IMG/VR virus record: IMGVR_UViG_3300025837_000009
Location: 1 to 35,248 of that record
Direction: 5' to 3' (one strand)
DNA: 35,248 bases
DNA from: a virus
Taxonomy: Duplodnaviria; Caudoviricetes
The notes under the pieces are model-generated. The model did no database searches. It was not told the origin of the DNA and was given only the letters and a program-made list of their open reading frames with translations. Position 1 is the first letter of the stretch; every line of letters starts with the position of its first letter. A program made the translations under genes and the position numbers. This document shows, piece by piece, positions 16,864-27,629 of the stretch.

Positions 16864-19800
16864 TTGAGCTGGCCCCAACAATCCCAGATGTGATATTATC
16901 ACAAATACCAGAACAATCTCGTACTAAAGAGAATGCAAAATTCTATGCTCTATTAAAATATTATTATGATTGGTTGATTCAAGCTGGTCAACCTACTGAT
17001 TTTATCCATAATATACTCGAATACCGGGATATTGATTTAACTACGGATGAATTTAGAGAACATATAGCATCATCATTATATCATGCAATACCATCAACAT
17101 CGGCCGCGGACAAGGTGCTGATGACAAAGCACATTACTGAATTCTTGAAGTCCAAGGGTAGTCTTGAGTCTTTCGAGTTCATAATGAATGCTATATACGG
17201 TGAAATCATTCAAATAGATTGGAATTCAGATAAGCTTTTCAGAGCATCTGCTAATGAATATTCTCGAAGAGCATCTGTCGTAATAGAATCTGATACACCA
17301 TGGTCACAAGTAGATAATGCTTTATTAGAACAAACGTTTCCTACACCAGCATCTGCTATTATTGAAAGCTGTGTTAGTACTACACACAATGGTAAAATAT
17401 TAAATTGGCTAAAGCTCAATGATAAAAGTGTGATAGGAAGATTTGTACCTAAAGGAGTATCCAGAGCGCTCCACAATAACATCGATACTTCTTTACATTA
17501 TATCGAAGAATATTACAAACCTGTATCCATCCTAACAGATGTATTAGAATTCACAGCCAAGACAGAAGAACATAGACCATATAATTCGCTGATAGTAAAA
17601 CAGTTGGGGTCTGATTTCAGGGCTGTGATTCAATCTTTAGTATCCAGACGCTTAGAAACTGATCACTTCAACATTAAAGTAAAACTTACCAATATTACAG
17701 GTACATTTAATACTGGTGAGTTATATATATTTCCAGTAACCATAGAAGACTCTTTATACACAAAAACAGATTATGAAACAGGTGTAGTATCAAAATCCGT
17801 TGTCGGTGTTGCATTTGAAAATAATGGCTCTCTTTATACAACTGGAGATAAAATTTCGTTTTTAGCAGGTAATGGAACAAATGCTTCCGCAATAGTATCT
17901 GATATTGGTGCGGGAGGGGTCGACTCCGTTAATATCATCAAAAAGGGATATGGATATTCTGTCGGAGATAAACTTACTATCATCAATGATGCTTCGAGTG
18001 GGGATGGTCTTGATGTCATAGTCGACAAGATAGATGGCATCGATGGTAATGTTACTGTCACAACAGAATTGAATGCATTCACCATATCAGATGGTGGTTG
18101 GGGTTATGCAGTAAATGATGAGTTGATTGTACTCGATGGTAAGAGAAAAACAGGTACACCACCAGCAAGATTACAAGTGACATCAGTATCAACTGGTTGG
18201 TTATTCAAAGGAATTAAATTAATCCATAGTGGTAATAATTATCCTAAGTATTCAAAAGTCGAACTGATTAATTCTACTACATTAAGTAAAATAAGTGGAT
18301 TTTCTGCTGTTCCATCCTTTAATAATACTGGTGGTATATCGAGTATAGAAGTAGTCACTTCGCCGACAATTACAACAAAGGACTTGACGATAATCGTAAA
18401 TGGTTATGGTGCTAATTATGCTGCCAATCTATCTGGTGGTGCTGTAGTATCTTTTACACAAAATAATGTTGGGGTAAATTATATAAATCCGACAGTTGAG
18501 ATTATAGGTGATGGTACTGGTGCAATCGCCTTACCTATTATGACTAGTGGTACGATAACTGGTATTACATTAGTAAGAGGAGGTTCAGGATATACTACTG
18601 CAACAGTTAAGATAAGTGAGAAATACGGTACTGGTTTCTCAGCTGTCCCGAAAATTCAAAATACGACTGATAACACCGGTACTATCACAGGTTTATCAAT
18701 ATTAACTCGAGGCGAATATGAAAGTCTGCCAAATTGCTTCGATAATGCACTCGTATCTAAAGTAGGTACAGGAGAAGATGCTAAGATATCGATGGATTTT
18801 AGATTGCTTAATTCATCCATTGACAATGCAGGACATTATTATCAAACAGCAAATGCTACAATAACAGGTAATGGCACAGGTGCAATATTCAATCCGATTA
18901 TCAAAGATGGTGCAATTAATTCATTCAATATAGTGAATGGTGGTACAGGATATACTTATGCATATTTGACTGTTGTCGGAGGATATGATTTCGTAGGTGT
19001 TGCTAATATTTCTGGTGGGGTAATAACAGGTGTAACAATCTATAACTCTGGCTGGGGTTATGATACTACGAGCCAAGTTAATATCATAGGTGATGGTATT
19101 AATGCTAATATAAATTTGTTGGGTGTAGGTAATATCAAAGATGGTGTCTTGAAAGAACTTAGAATAATATCAGGAGGCACAGGATATTATTATGGTACAA
19201 CAATATCAGCACCAACAAGTCAACCGGGTGCAATTCAAGCTACCCTCACTCCAATTATTGATAATGGTACAATCAAGAATGTCTTGAGTACAGAGGGCGA
19301 AGGATACATATCAGCAGATTTAGCTAATATATCAGTAAATGCTGGTACCGGTGCTGATATATCGGTGACTGTTTCTGGTACTGGTAAGATAGTATCATAT
19401 CAAATCACAAATGGTGGTTCAGGATATTATACACAATCGGAAGTAACTCCTATATCATTAACTGCTGATATTGGTTCAGGTGCTATATTATTGCCCGTTT
19501 TGGATTCTGACGGAAAAATAATAGCAGTTAATGTACACGAGGGTGGTCAAGGATATACGAATAGTACTATCATATCTGTCGCTGGGAGTGGTACAGGCGC
19601 GACATTGAAAGCGGTAGTATATAAAAACAGAATAACAGATGTCATAGTAGTAACTACTGGTATCGGGTATCAATATGGAACATCTTCGATTGTTGTTGGC
19701 GATGGTTCAGGCGCGAATATAACTCCAGTAGTAGAAACTGGTATAACATCAGCCGAAGTGATAGCTGGCGGCATAAATTATGTAGAAGGTTCTACGACCA

Positions 19801-21869
19801 TTATCATAACAGACCCTACTGGTACTGGTGCAGAAATTCAACCAGTGATAAGCAATAATAAAATCGTAGCATTAGATATTATCAATAAAGGAACAGGATA
19901 TACAAATCCTACATTATCAGCTACTATTGGTTCTGGTGCAATACTTGAAGCAAAAGCAAAGAGACATATAACGGATTTTAATATTGTCAATGCTGGTATC
20001 GGATATACTTATGCAGATGTAGTGATTATTGGTGATGGAGAAGGGGCAGATGTAAATCTTACATTTGATAAACTAGGTTCGATTGATTCTGTTTCAATTG
20101 TAAATGCAGGCACAGGCTATACACTGACTCCATCCGTGATATTATCAGATGATAGCAATTATGGTGCGGTATCTAAAGTTGCAATAAAGTCTAATGGAGG
20201 TGGCTATACTACTCCACCTATTCTGATTTTAGAAAACAAATATGACGGACTAGGTGATATTATCGCTGGTGGTACAAAATTCTCTTCGTTTGGTACTAAT
20301 ATTGGTACTATCAAAGGAATATCGTTTTTGGATAATGGTGCATCTTATGATGAATTGCCAATACCAATTTTTCCACTTGTTGCAACTCTTGCTGAGAATG
20401 CAGCATTTAAACTTGGTGAGACAATAACTGTTTCATCTAATTCTTATAGAGATGTCACTGCACCAATTGATATATTATTAGAGAATGGAGATTTCTTATT
20501 ATTAGAAGATGGTACTCAGTCGCAACTCGATGTATTAGACTCTACATTTGATTCTGGTACTACCGCAAAGGTTATAAGCTTCGATTATGAAAAGAATTTA
20601 ATTAAGCTCGATATTACATCTGATATATTTTTTGTTGCAAGCGAACAACAGGACAAATTAATCATCACTGAAGATGGGTCTGATATCGTACACCAATTGT
20701 CTGCTTCTTTGGATGTTGGGGATGTATTAATCGGGGAAAAATCCGGCGCTCATGCTACGATTAAATATTTAAATCGTGCAACAGGCATTAGCATTGCAGG
20801 TGGAAATGGTTGGGGAGAGTTCAAGTTTATTAATAATGTCGGTAAATTGAATGAACATCTTTCAGTCCTAGCAGACAATAACAGATATCAGGATTATGCT
20901 TATGTAGTTAAAGCAGGAAGAGCATTAAAAGATTATGAGAAATTACTTAAAACAACAGTACATCCGGCTGGATTTGCATTATTCGGTGATGTAGTGATTC
21001 AATCCATGAATGAATCTAATATACTCAACGAGATTGGATATAATAAATTTATATCTACATTGTTCATATATTCGATATATGCAATGTATCAAGAGAGTGC
21101 TGTTGGTCAAGAGTGGTCGACATTAGACGACTTGTTCGGTGACTTTACGAAGTTTAATTTTGTCGATTTGTCCATAGATGTCGTTAAGAATCTGACTCCA
21201 ACTCAGACGAGCAAAATAGTATATAGGACTATCAATGGATATCCAAGTGCTCCTATAGCCACACCAGATTGGTCTAAATGGGTATTGACTAATAATATTC
21301 AGGTAATAAAGAATTATTCAATCGGCCCTGATAATCAATTGAATATGTTTAGATTATCTGATTTGTATGCTACGCATAGTGCGACTCTTTATAAAATTGT
21401 ACCTGTTGCTGCCACAGGTAGAACATATTCAGTAGATTTTATGATAAAGAAACAAATAAATCCTCTTACTTATCCTAGGATTGATTTGACTGACAGTGTG
21501 ATTGGTGGATTATCATTTTCAGTTGTTTTTAATACAGAAACAGGAGAAGTTAAGACATCTGGCACAGGTACAATCGAAATTTTATCTGTCGGTGATTTCT
21601 GGTATATAAGAGCTATACGCACTGTCGTAGCTGCTGGTGCTAATTTTAAAGTTACACTTATTCCTGCCTTCGCTAAGATGACATCTTTTATTTCTGCTCC
21701 TTGGACAGCTGATATTACTGCAATAGGTTCAATTTCTGCATCAGCACCAATAGTAAAAGATATAACTGGAGTCACTCCATTACTCGAATATGTTAGAGCA
21801 GTTAATAGTACGTATGCTGATATGATGTTTTACATAACACCAACAGAAACTGATATCGTTGTTATCTAA
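16860..21869 (+). CDS. gp7: large baseplate wedge protein (gp7-like) with many Gly-Tyr beta repeats
   Basis: Between gp6 and gp8; N-terminal F..LLKYYY.WL and F.KSKGS.ESF.F; late-region D..RYQDYAYVVK......Y...LK..VHPAGF.LFG; long central I.N.G.GY repeat array. Confidence 0.65.
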   Translation: MIELAPTIPDVILSQIPEQSRTKENAKFYALLKYYYDWLIQAGQPTDFIHNILEYRDIDLTTDEFREHIASSLYHAIPSTSAADKVLMTKHITEFLKSKGSLESFEFIMNAIYGEIIQIDWNSDKLFRASANEYSRRASVVIESDTPWSQVDNALLEQTFPTPASAIIESCVSTTHNGKILNWLKLNDKSVIGRFVPKGVSRALHNNIDTSLHYIEEYYKPVSILTDVLEFTAKTEEHRPYNSLIVKQLGSDFRAVIQSLVSRRLETDHFNIKVKLTNITGTFNTGELYIFPVTIEDSLYTKTDYETGVVSKSVVGVAFENNGSLYTTGDKISFLAGNGTNASAIVSDIGAGGVDSVNIIKKGYGYSVGDKLTIINDASSGDGLDVIVDKIDGIDGNVTVTTELNAFTISDGGWGYAVNDELIVLDGKRKTGTPPARLQVTSVSTGWLFKGIKLIHSGNNYPKYSKVELINSTTLSKISGFSAVPSFNNTGGISSIEVVTSPTITTKDLTIIVNGYGANYAANLSGGAVVSFTQNNVGVNYINPTVEIIGDGTGAIALPIMTSGTITGITLVRGGSGYTTATVKISEKYGTGFSAVPKIQNTTDNTGTITGLSILTRGEYESLPNCFDNALVSKVGTGEDAKISMDFRLLNSSIDNAGHYYQTANATITGNGTGAIFNPIIKDGAINSFNIVNGGTGYTYAYLTVVGGYDFVGVANISGGVITGVTIYNSGWGYDTTSQVNIIGDGINANINLLGVGNIKDGVLKELRIISGGTGYYYGTTISAPTSQPGAIQATLTPIIDNGTIKNVLSTEGEGYISADLANISVNAGTGADISVTVSGTGKIVSYQITNGGSGYYTQSEVTPISLTADIGSGAILLPVLDSDGKIIAVNVHEGGQGYTNSTIISVAGSGTGATLKAVVYKNRITDVIVVTTGIGYQYGTSSIVVGDGSGANITPVVETGITSAEVIAGGINYVEGSTTIIITDPTGTGAEIQPVISNNKIVALDIINKGTGYTNPTLSATIGSGAILEAKAKRHITDFNIVNAGIGYTYADVVIIGDGEGADVNLTFDKLGSIDSVSIVNAGTGYTLTPSVILSDDSNYGAVSKVAIKSNGGGYTTPPILILENKYDGLGDIIAGGTKFSSFGTNIGTIKGISFLDNGASYDELPIPIFPLVATLAENAAFKLGETITVSSNSYRDVTAPIDILLENGDFLLLEDGTQSQLDVLDSTFDSGTTAKVISFDYEKNLIKLDITSDIFFVASEQQDKLIITEDGSDIVHQLSASLDVGDVLIGEKSGAHATIKYLNRATGISIAGGNGWGEFKFINNVGKLNEHLSVLADNNRYQDYAYVVKAGRALKDYEKLLKTTVHPAGFALFGDVVIQSMNESNILNEIGYNKFISTLFIYSIYAMYQESAVGQEWSTLDDLFGDFTKFNFVDLSIDVVKNLTPTQTSKIVYRTINGYPSAPIATPDWSKWVLTNNIQVIKNYSIGPDNQLNMFRLSDLYATHSATLYKIVPVAATGRTYSVDFMIKKQINPLTYPRIDLTDSVIGGLSFSVVFNTETGEVKTSGTGTIEILSVGDFWYIRAIRTVVAAGANFKVTLIPAFAKMTSFISAPWTADITAIGSISASAPIVKDITGVTPLLEYVRAVNSTYADMMFYITPTETDIVVI

Positions 21870-21878
21870 TGATAAATA
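21869..21878 (+). promoter_or_regulatory. putative late promoter (ATGATAAATA) for gp8
   Basis: RTRATAAATA motif in the short intergenic gap, upstream of an AAGGAA SD. Confidence 0.6.
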
Positions 21879-21905
21879 AATAGAAGATTAATTAAAGGAA
21901 CATAT

Positions 21906-23378
21906 ATGGCTGCAATCATCCGAGATACTTTCAAAACAACTGCACTTTTAAATTTCGTCAATTCATTAAATACAGACTCATTGTATCTTGGTATTGGTCG
22001 CTCACAGCCATGGGATTTAGTATCAGATTTAGACACTACAGTACCTCTACCAGAAAATACGTTAACAGATATTAACGCTGACTGGGAAGATATGTTGTCA
22101 TTGAAGAAGGTAGTATCAAGCGATGTATACACTGGTATTTTCAAAGAAATGTGGCAAGCTAATGTTAAATATGACACTTGGCGACACGATTGGAATGGTT
22201 CGATTACTGCCGTTTATAATGGACCAAATCAAGCACCTACGACTCCAACATCTTTGGGCGATGTAAAGTGTTTTGTTATCACTAGTAACTTTTCAATCTA
22301 TGTATGTTTAAAACAGGGTGTAGTAAATGGAATCGTACAGCCTTCGATTTATTCTCCTGAAGTAGGTATAGGAATTGGAGTTAATACTGGTGTAGTTAAA
22401 ACAGCAGACGGATATTATTGGAGATTCTTAGCTACTACATCTCCAGCTGAGTTGGTTAAATTCTCTAGCAAATATTACCATCCGATTGCAACTGTTTCGA
22501 TTGCGCCAGCGCCGACTGACCCGTATTATACTCAATGGTTGCATCAAGGATATGCCGCTCAACACAAAGGTGGCATTTATGTAATTAATGTGTTGTCTGG
22601 TGGAACTGGATATAATAGTGGTATTGCAGGTACAAGAGATGTAACTAATGCAGAAACTGATGCTGAATTCAAAGTAATCGGCGATGGTCTAGGCCTAGAA
22701 TATACTGTTACATACGGTGCTGGTGGTTCTATTAGTGATATTGAAATAACCAATCCAGGTTCAGGATACACTCATGCTACAATATCTCCTAATGTTGGAA
22801 CAGGTGCTTCATTTGATGTCATATATACACCTATGAGTGGATTAGGAACAGACCCAGTTAAAGATACTGTTGCTAGATTTTTATTAATTAATTCGATTTT
22901 GACTGGTGCAGAAGGTTCAGGGGACTTCACCATATTAAATGATTATCGCAAAGTGAGTCTAGTATATAATCCTACATTATTCGGTACATCAACAATTGCT
23001 ACTACATCTACATTAGATGCGACGTATAGCATTGGCATCGATATCGGTCTCGCAGCAAATGCATATCCGATTGATTCGATTGTAACTGGTGCGACGTCTG
23101 GCGCAAAGGGAAGAGTCGTAGATTACAATTCTACTACCGGTATCCTTCGTATTATTAGAACATCGTCTGAAAATCTAGGTAATCTTGGTGCAAACAATTC
23201 TTTTCAATTATTCGAGAGTATCACTGCAATTGGAGGTACTGGTAATAGTGCAATTTCTAGTATAGGTGACCCAGAAGTACAAACACATTCAGGCGATATC
23301 ATTTATTCTGAATATAGAACACCGATAACTCGCTCTGAACTTCAAGTTGAAAATTTGAATATCATAATCAAGTATTGA
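21906..23378 (+). CDS. gp8: baseplate wedge subunit, T4 gp8-like
   Basis: MAAII...F, YLGIGR..PW, W.DM..LKKV, F.IY.CL, T.DGYYWRFL, NDYR.V.LV.NP, SGDIIY.E.R.PITR...Q.E.L.III.Y. Confidence 0.88.
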   Translation: MAAIIRDTFKTTALLNFVNSLNTDSLYLGIGRSQPWDLVSDLDTTVPLPENTLTDINADWEDMLSLKKVVSSDVYTGIFKEMWQANVKYDTWRHDWNGSITAVYNGPNQAPTTPTSLGDVKCFVITSNFSIYVCLKQGVVNGIVQPSIYSPEVGIGIGVNTGVVKTADGYYWRFLATTSPAELVKFSSKYYHPIATVSIAPAPTDPYYTQWLHQGYAAQHKGGIYVINVLSGGTGYNSGIAGTRDVTNAETDAEFKVIGDGLGLEYTVTYGAGGSISDIEITNPGSGYTHATISPNVGTGASFDVIYTPMSGLGTDPVKDTVARFLLINSILTGAEGSGDFTILNDYRKVSLVYNPTLFGTSTIATTSTLDATYSIGIDIGLAANAYPIDSIVTGATSGAKGRVVDYNSTTGILRIIRTSSENLGNLGANNSFQLFESITAIGGTGNSAISSIGDPEVQTHSGDIIYSEYRTPITRSELQVENLNIIIKY

Positions 23379-23391
23379 GGTATACAAATTC

Positions 23392-23401
23392 GTGATAAAT
23401 A
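23392..23401 (+). promoter_or_regulatory. putative late promoter (GTGATAAATA)
   Basis: Same decamer, 27 nt upstream of the ATG at 23429. Confidence 0.7.
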
Positions 23402-23428
23402 ACGATAGAAACATAACAGGAACAATAA

Positions 23429-26400
23429 ATGCTTAATCTAAATACATATCCATATTATGATGACTTTGATTCATCTAAAGGTTATCATAAAATCTTGTTT
23501 CATCCTGCTAAGCCAGTACAAGCAAGAGAATTAACACAAATCCAGACAATCCTTCAGGAGCAAGTGAAGAGACATGGTGACCATGTATTTAAGAATGGAA
23601 CAGTTGTTATTCCTGGTCATATATTCTATGATGACAAAGTAAAATTCCTGAAACTTGAAGTGAATTATAACGAAGTAAACATCGAAACTTATATTTCTGA
23701 TTTAGTTGGTAATACAATCGTGGGTGATACTAACGGTATCACAGCAACCGTATTGCATTATGATGTTTCTACTGATACAGATCAGCCTACGATTTATATT
23801 AAATACTTGTCGGCTGCAGGTACTGTACAAGAATTCTTATCTGGTGAAACATTGACCAGTATAGAAATTCCAGGTTTGACTTTCAAAATTTCGCCACTCA
23901 CTGCATATACGGGTTCAGCTTCTATATGTACAATAGGTGAAGGTGTTTATTATGTAAATGGATATTTCGTCCAAGTGCTCAAACAGACAGTGACAGTATC
24001 AAAATATTCTAATACAGCATCAGCTGTTGTTGGTCTCGATTATACGGAATCTATTGTAAGTGAAAACGAAGATGAGTCGTTGAACGATAACGCATTCGGC
24101 TTCACAAATTATAATGCACCCGGTGCACACCGATTAAAAATAACATTGGATTTGGTTAAAAAACCATATGAGTACACCTCTGCTGACACGGCTGAAGTTA
24201 AATTCATCGACTTGCTTAAGGTCAATGCAGGTAAAATCGAATATCTGAAAAATGACACAAAATATGCTGAAATCGAAAAATGGTTAGCTCGTAGAACTTA
24301 TGATGAATCGGGTGATTATGTAGTCGAACCATTTTCTTTTAGTGCAGCAGAGTATCGCAATAATGATAGAGGTGCTTGGGTTACTAATAAACCGTATCTC
24401 ATTGGTGATTTGGTGTCGAACAGCGGTAAAACATTCATTGCTATGAATCAAGGTTATTCAGGTTCTTCAGCTCCAAGTCACTCTTATGGTATTGTATCAG
24501 ATGGTGTCATATACTGGAATCAAGTGCCCAATAAGAGATTGTTCGCTAATAAAGGAACTACATTAATAACAAGTGATATATTAGACGACCACATTGCGGC
24601 TGAAACTTCTATGTCAATAGAAACTTCGCCAGGTAAAGCATACGTTCAAGGATTCGAGATTAAATTTAATTCTTCTACATCTACTATCATTTCGAAGGCA
24701 AGAGATACTAGACAATTATCTCAAGCTCAATTATACACACCAGCTGGTTCTTATATTATAGTAAAAGATATAATTGGGCTACCAACGATTACGGATAATC
24801 TGACTAGTGTTAATATATTAGACGTAAGTGGTGCTACTATTGGTAGTGCTTGGGTTAGGTCATTAGAATATCTTTCCGGTACACCTGGTTCAACGGATAC
24901 GTATAGATTATTTTTGTTTAATATAAAATTAAATAGAGGAAAGAATTTCGCAAGAGATGTATATTCTTTTTCTAATGTTTCATTCACCGCAAAGGTAGTA
25001 TCCAAGTTGATTCCTTTAAGCGGTTCTGGTACATCCGCTACTACTACCGTAACTGGTGTTGGTACTTATTTCGACTTCGAATTATCTGTTGGTGATAGAA
25101 TCGTAGCAGGTGGAACATCAGCAAAAGTAACAGCAATCACAAGTCCAACATCGATAACTACATTTGTTAATATTTCTGCATCTGCTAGCACTCTATATAG
25201 AGAAGTCGCAGAGATAGTATCGTTGGGTGATTATGTTAGAACACTACCATCTACTGCTATCAATACATTGAGAGATAGCAATGGTGACATCGATATGCAA
25301 TATGTCGTCACTAAATCTTATCAATTTACTACTGTTGGTACATCATACGATATTACATTAACTAACGGTGAAACTTTCTTACCTACTGAACACATTGTTG
25401 TCGCAGTTTCAAGTGGATTACCAATTAACGCAACATATTCACTTGATGTTCCAGCTACCACATTGACAATCGGTGGATTGGCTGGAGTAACTGATTACAA
25501 GGCGTTGGTTCTTGTAAAAAGAACAGGTTCTTATGCTAAAGAAAAGAGTAAATCATTGGCTGTTGGTGTATTAACATTAACTAATGCTACTCTACAAAAA
25601 TATTACAGCAAGAGCATCTCATTAGGCGAAGCAGATTGTTTGCGCATCATTAAAATAACTGAATCAGGTAGCCCAAGCGACAAGGCAAATTATGTCGAAG
25701 CTGGTGAATCTGATATAACGACAAAATACGTATTTGATAATGGTCAGAGAGCAGAATTTTATGATGTCGGTAAGATAAAAACGAGTAGAACTACTACGAG
25801 GCCGATACGAGTTGTCTTTGAATATTTCGTCCATTCAGATGGAGATTATTTCAGCGTAGATTCATATTCATCTATACCAGCTGCCATGTTGCAACCAGTT
25901 AGAATAGGTACAACAGAATATTATCTACCAGATTGCTTAGATTTCAGAAGTAGAATTTCTGATAATGGTACAGAATTCAATGTTGCAACTGGTGCATCTG
26001 TATCAGACCCGTTATCATCTGAGTCTACTATGAGTACTAGCTATTCATATTTCTTACCAAGAAAAGATGCTCTGGGTATATCAAGTTCAGGTGAAATGAC
26101 TTATATCATCGGTGGCACAATGGCATCAGGTATGACATTAGCTACGTTAATCGTAGCACCAAAAACAAAAGTACCAGCTACTGATGTAGTATTCTCTGAT
26201 GACCAAGTGCTCAATTATACTATGAAAGACCTCAAGGGTATTGCTAAAAGATTGGATAATGTCGAATCGCAAGTAGTACTCAATAAAATCGAAAAGAGTA
26301 CTGTGAATATGTCCATTAAAGATAGTTTTGGACTTGAACGAGATAAGAATGGATTCTTGATTGATGATTTTAGTAATCTAGGTGTTTCGGATATATCAAA

Positions 26401-26839
26401 TCCGGATTTATCTACTGCAATTGACCCGATAAATAAAGAGTGCAGAGCAATATCTGTGTTGGATGGTGTTACATTAATGGAACCGACTGGTATAACGGAT
26501 TCTGCTAGAAATGCTGCTCGATACAAATTGACTGGTAGTTTAATAACACTTCCTTATGAAGAAGTGACTATGATTAACCAAATCGTTGCATCTAAAGCGG
26601 AAGTAGTACAAGCATATTCAACACTGGATTTTACCGGCAAATTAACTGTATCACCTGCATCTGATAATTATACCACACACGAGTATTCTACTATCAATGA
26701 CCCATCTATACAACTTGCACCTAAGACGAATTATATTGACCAAACGTCTAGAATATATGGTGGATATTCATATTGGTATGATGGCGAACGGATTTATCGA
26801 AGATATCACCGCTATGGCCGTTATGGACACGGCGATTAA
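23429..26839 (+). CDS. large virion structural protein, DUF4815/VrlC-like, N-terminal part
   Basis: NLN.YPYYDDFD..K.YHKILF.P..PVQARELTQIQTILQ.Q, APGAHRLKI.L, LARRTYDESGDY.V.PF, PGKAYV.GFE, FDNGQR.EFYD, KNGFLIDDF. Confidence 0.8.
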   Translation: MLNLNTYPYYDDFDSSKGYHKILFHPAKPVQARELTQIQTILQEQVKRHGDHVFKNGTVVIPGHIFYDDKVKFLKLEVNYNEVNIETYISDLVGNTIVGDTNGITATVLHYDVSTDTDQPTIYIKYLSAAGTVQEFLSGETLTSIEIPGLTFKISPLTAYTGSASICTIGEGVYYVNGYFVQVLKQTVTVSKYSNTASAVVGLDYTESIVSENEDESLNDNAFGFTNYNAPGAHRLKITLDLVKKPYEYTSADTAEVKFIDLLKVNAGKIEYLKNDTKYAEIEKWLARRTYDESGDYVVEPFSFSAAEYRNNDRGAWVTNKPYLIGDLVSNSGKTFIAMNQGYSGSSAPSHSYGIVSDGVIYWNQVPNKRLFANKGTTLITSDILDDHIAAETSMSIETSPGKAYVQGFEIKFNSSTSTIISKARDTRQLSQAQLYTPAGSYIIVKDIIGLPTITDNLTSVNILDVSGATIGSAWVRSLEYLSGTPGSTDTYRLFLFNIKLNRGKNFARDVYSFSNVSFTAKVVSKLIPLSGSGTSATTTVTGVGTYFDFELSVGDRIVAGGTSAKVTAITSPTSITTFVNISASASTLYREVAEIVSLGDYVRTLPSTAINTLRDSNGDIDMQYVVTKSYQFTTVGTSYDITLTNGETFLPTEHIVVAVSSGLPINATYSLDVPATTLTIGGLAGVTDYKALVLVKRTGSYAKEKSKSLAVGVLTLTNATLQKYYSKSISLGEADCLRIIKITESGSPSDKANYVEAGESDITTKYVFDNGQRAEFYDVGKIKTSRTTTRPIRVVFEYFVHSDGDYFSVDSYSSIPAAMLQPVRIGTTEYYLPDCLDFRSRISDNGTEFNVATGASVSDPLSSESTMSTSYSYFLPRKDALGISSSGEMTYIIGGTMASGMTLATLIVAPKTKVPATDVVFSDDQVLNYTMKDLKGIAKRLDNVESQVVLNKIEKSTVNMSIKDSFGLERDKNGFLIDDFSNLGVSDISNPDLSTAIDPINKECRAISVLDGVTLMEPTGITDSARNAARYKLTGSLITLPYEEVTMINQIVASKAEVVQAYSTLDFTGKLTVSPASDNYTTHEYSTINDPSIQLAPKTNYIDQTSRIYGGYSYWYDGERIYRRYHRYGRYGHGD

Positions 26840-26852
26840 TCGGATTTAATTT

Positions 26853-27626
26853 ATGACAACAACTACTACAAACATATCCACTAGTACCACAATAGAGAAA
26901 GTCGCTACTGGTTCTTATACATTGGTCGATAATTTCAATGCATCTAAGCTCAGAGCTAGAACTATTGTATTATCTGCAATAAAACTCAAACCGTTTACTA
27001 CGATGAATGTATTCTTGAGCGGGATTAATGTAAATTCTGATTTTGTTCCATGTACAAAAGTAGAAATAACTTCAACTGGTACATTTTATGGTTCAACTGG
27101 GATACAACGAAATGATAATATTTTATTGCGCGCCACAGCAATAAATTCCTATGATACCATATTATTGGGTGATGTTATTACTTGTGTGAATGGCAGTGCA
27201 GTAGTCGTAGCAGATGAAATTATACACGATAAAGTCACAGATACTAATAAGCGTGTATTGTATGTCACTAATATCAAAGGTTCGTTGTCAGGTACAATCA
27301 CTGGTAGTGTGAGTTTATCTACTGGTGTTGTTGTTAGTGTTGCTGCTGGCGATAGAACCACAAATTCTCTCGGTAATTTTTATGGTGCACTTGTGATTCC
27401 TTCATTCACATTCGACTCTGGTATACATAAAATACTTTTAAGTGATGACATCACACCAGACCCGAATGCTTCTAGTACATCAGCAGACGCATCATATTCG
27501 TCTAATGGTAATATTGTGACACATACAACACATAATACATCAAGCGAGAGAAGTGTTACTACGGTCGTAGATAGAACAACAACGACATGGTATCATAATC
27601 GATACAATCATTACAGGTACGACTAA
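26853..27626 (+). CDS. virion structural protein, middle segment of the DUF4815-like protein
   Basis: R.R.I...A..LKPFT...VF..G.NV, T...G...G...IP...F..G.....L.D; Thr-rich beta strands at both ends. Confidence 0.7.
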   Translation: MTTTTTNISTSTTIEKVATGSYTLVDNFNASKLRARTIVLSAIKLKPFTTMNVFLSGINVNSDFVPCTKVEITSTGTFYGSTGIQRNDNILLRATAINSYDTILLGDVITCVNGSAVVVADEIIHDKVTDTNKRVLYVTNIKGSLSGTITGSVSLSTGVVVSVAAGDRTTNSLGNFYGALVIPSFTFDSGIHKILLSDDITPDPNASSTSADASYSSNGNIVTHTTHNTSSERSVTTVVDRTTTTWYHNRYNHYRYD

Positions 27627-27629
27627 TTT

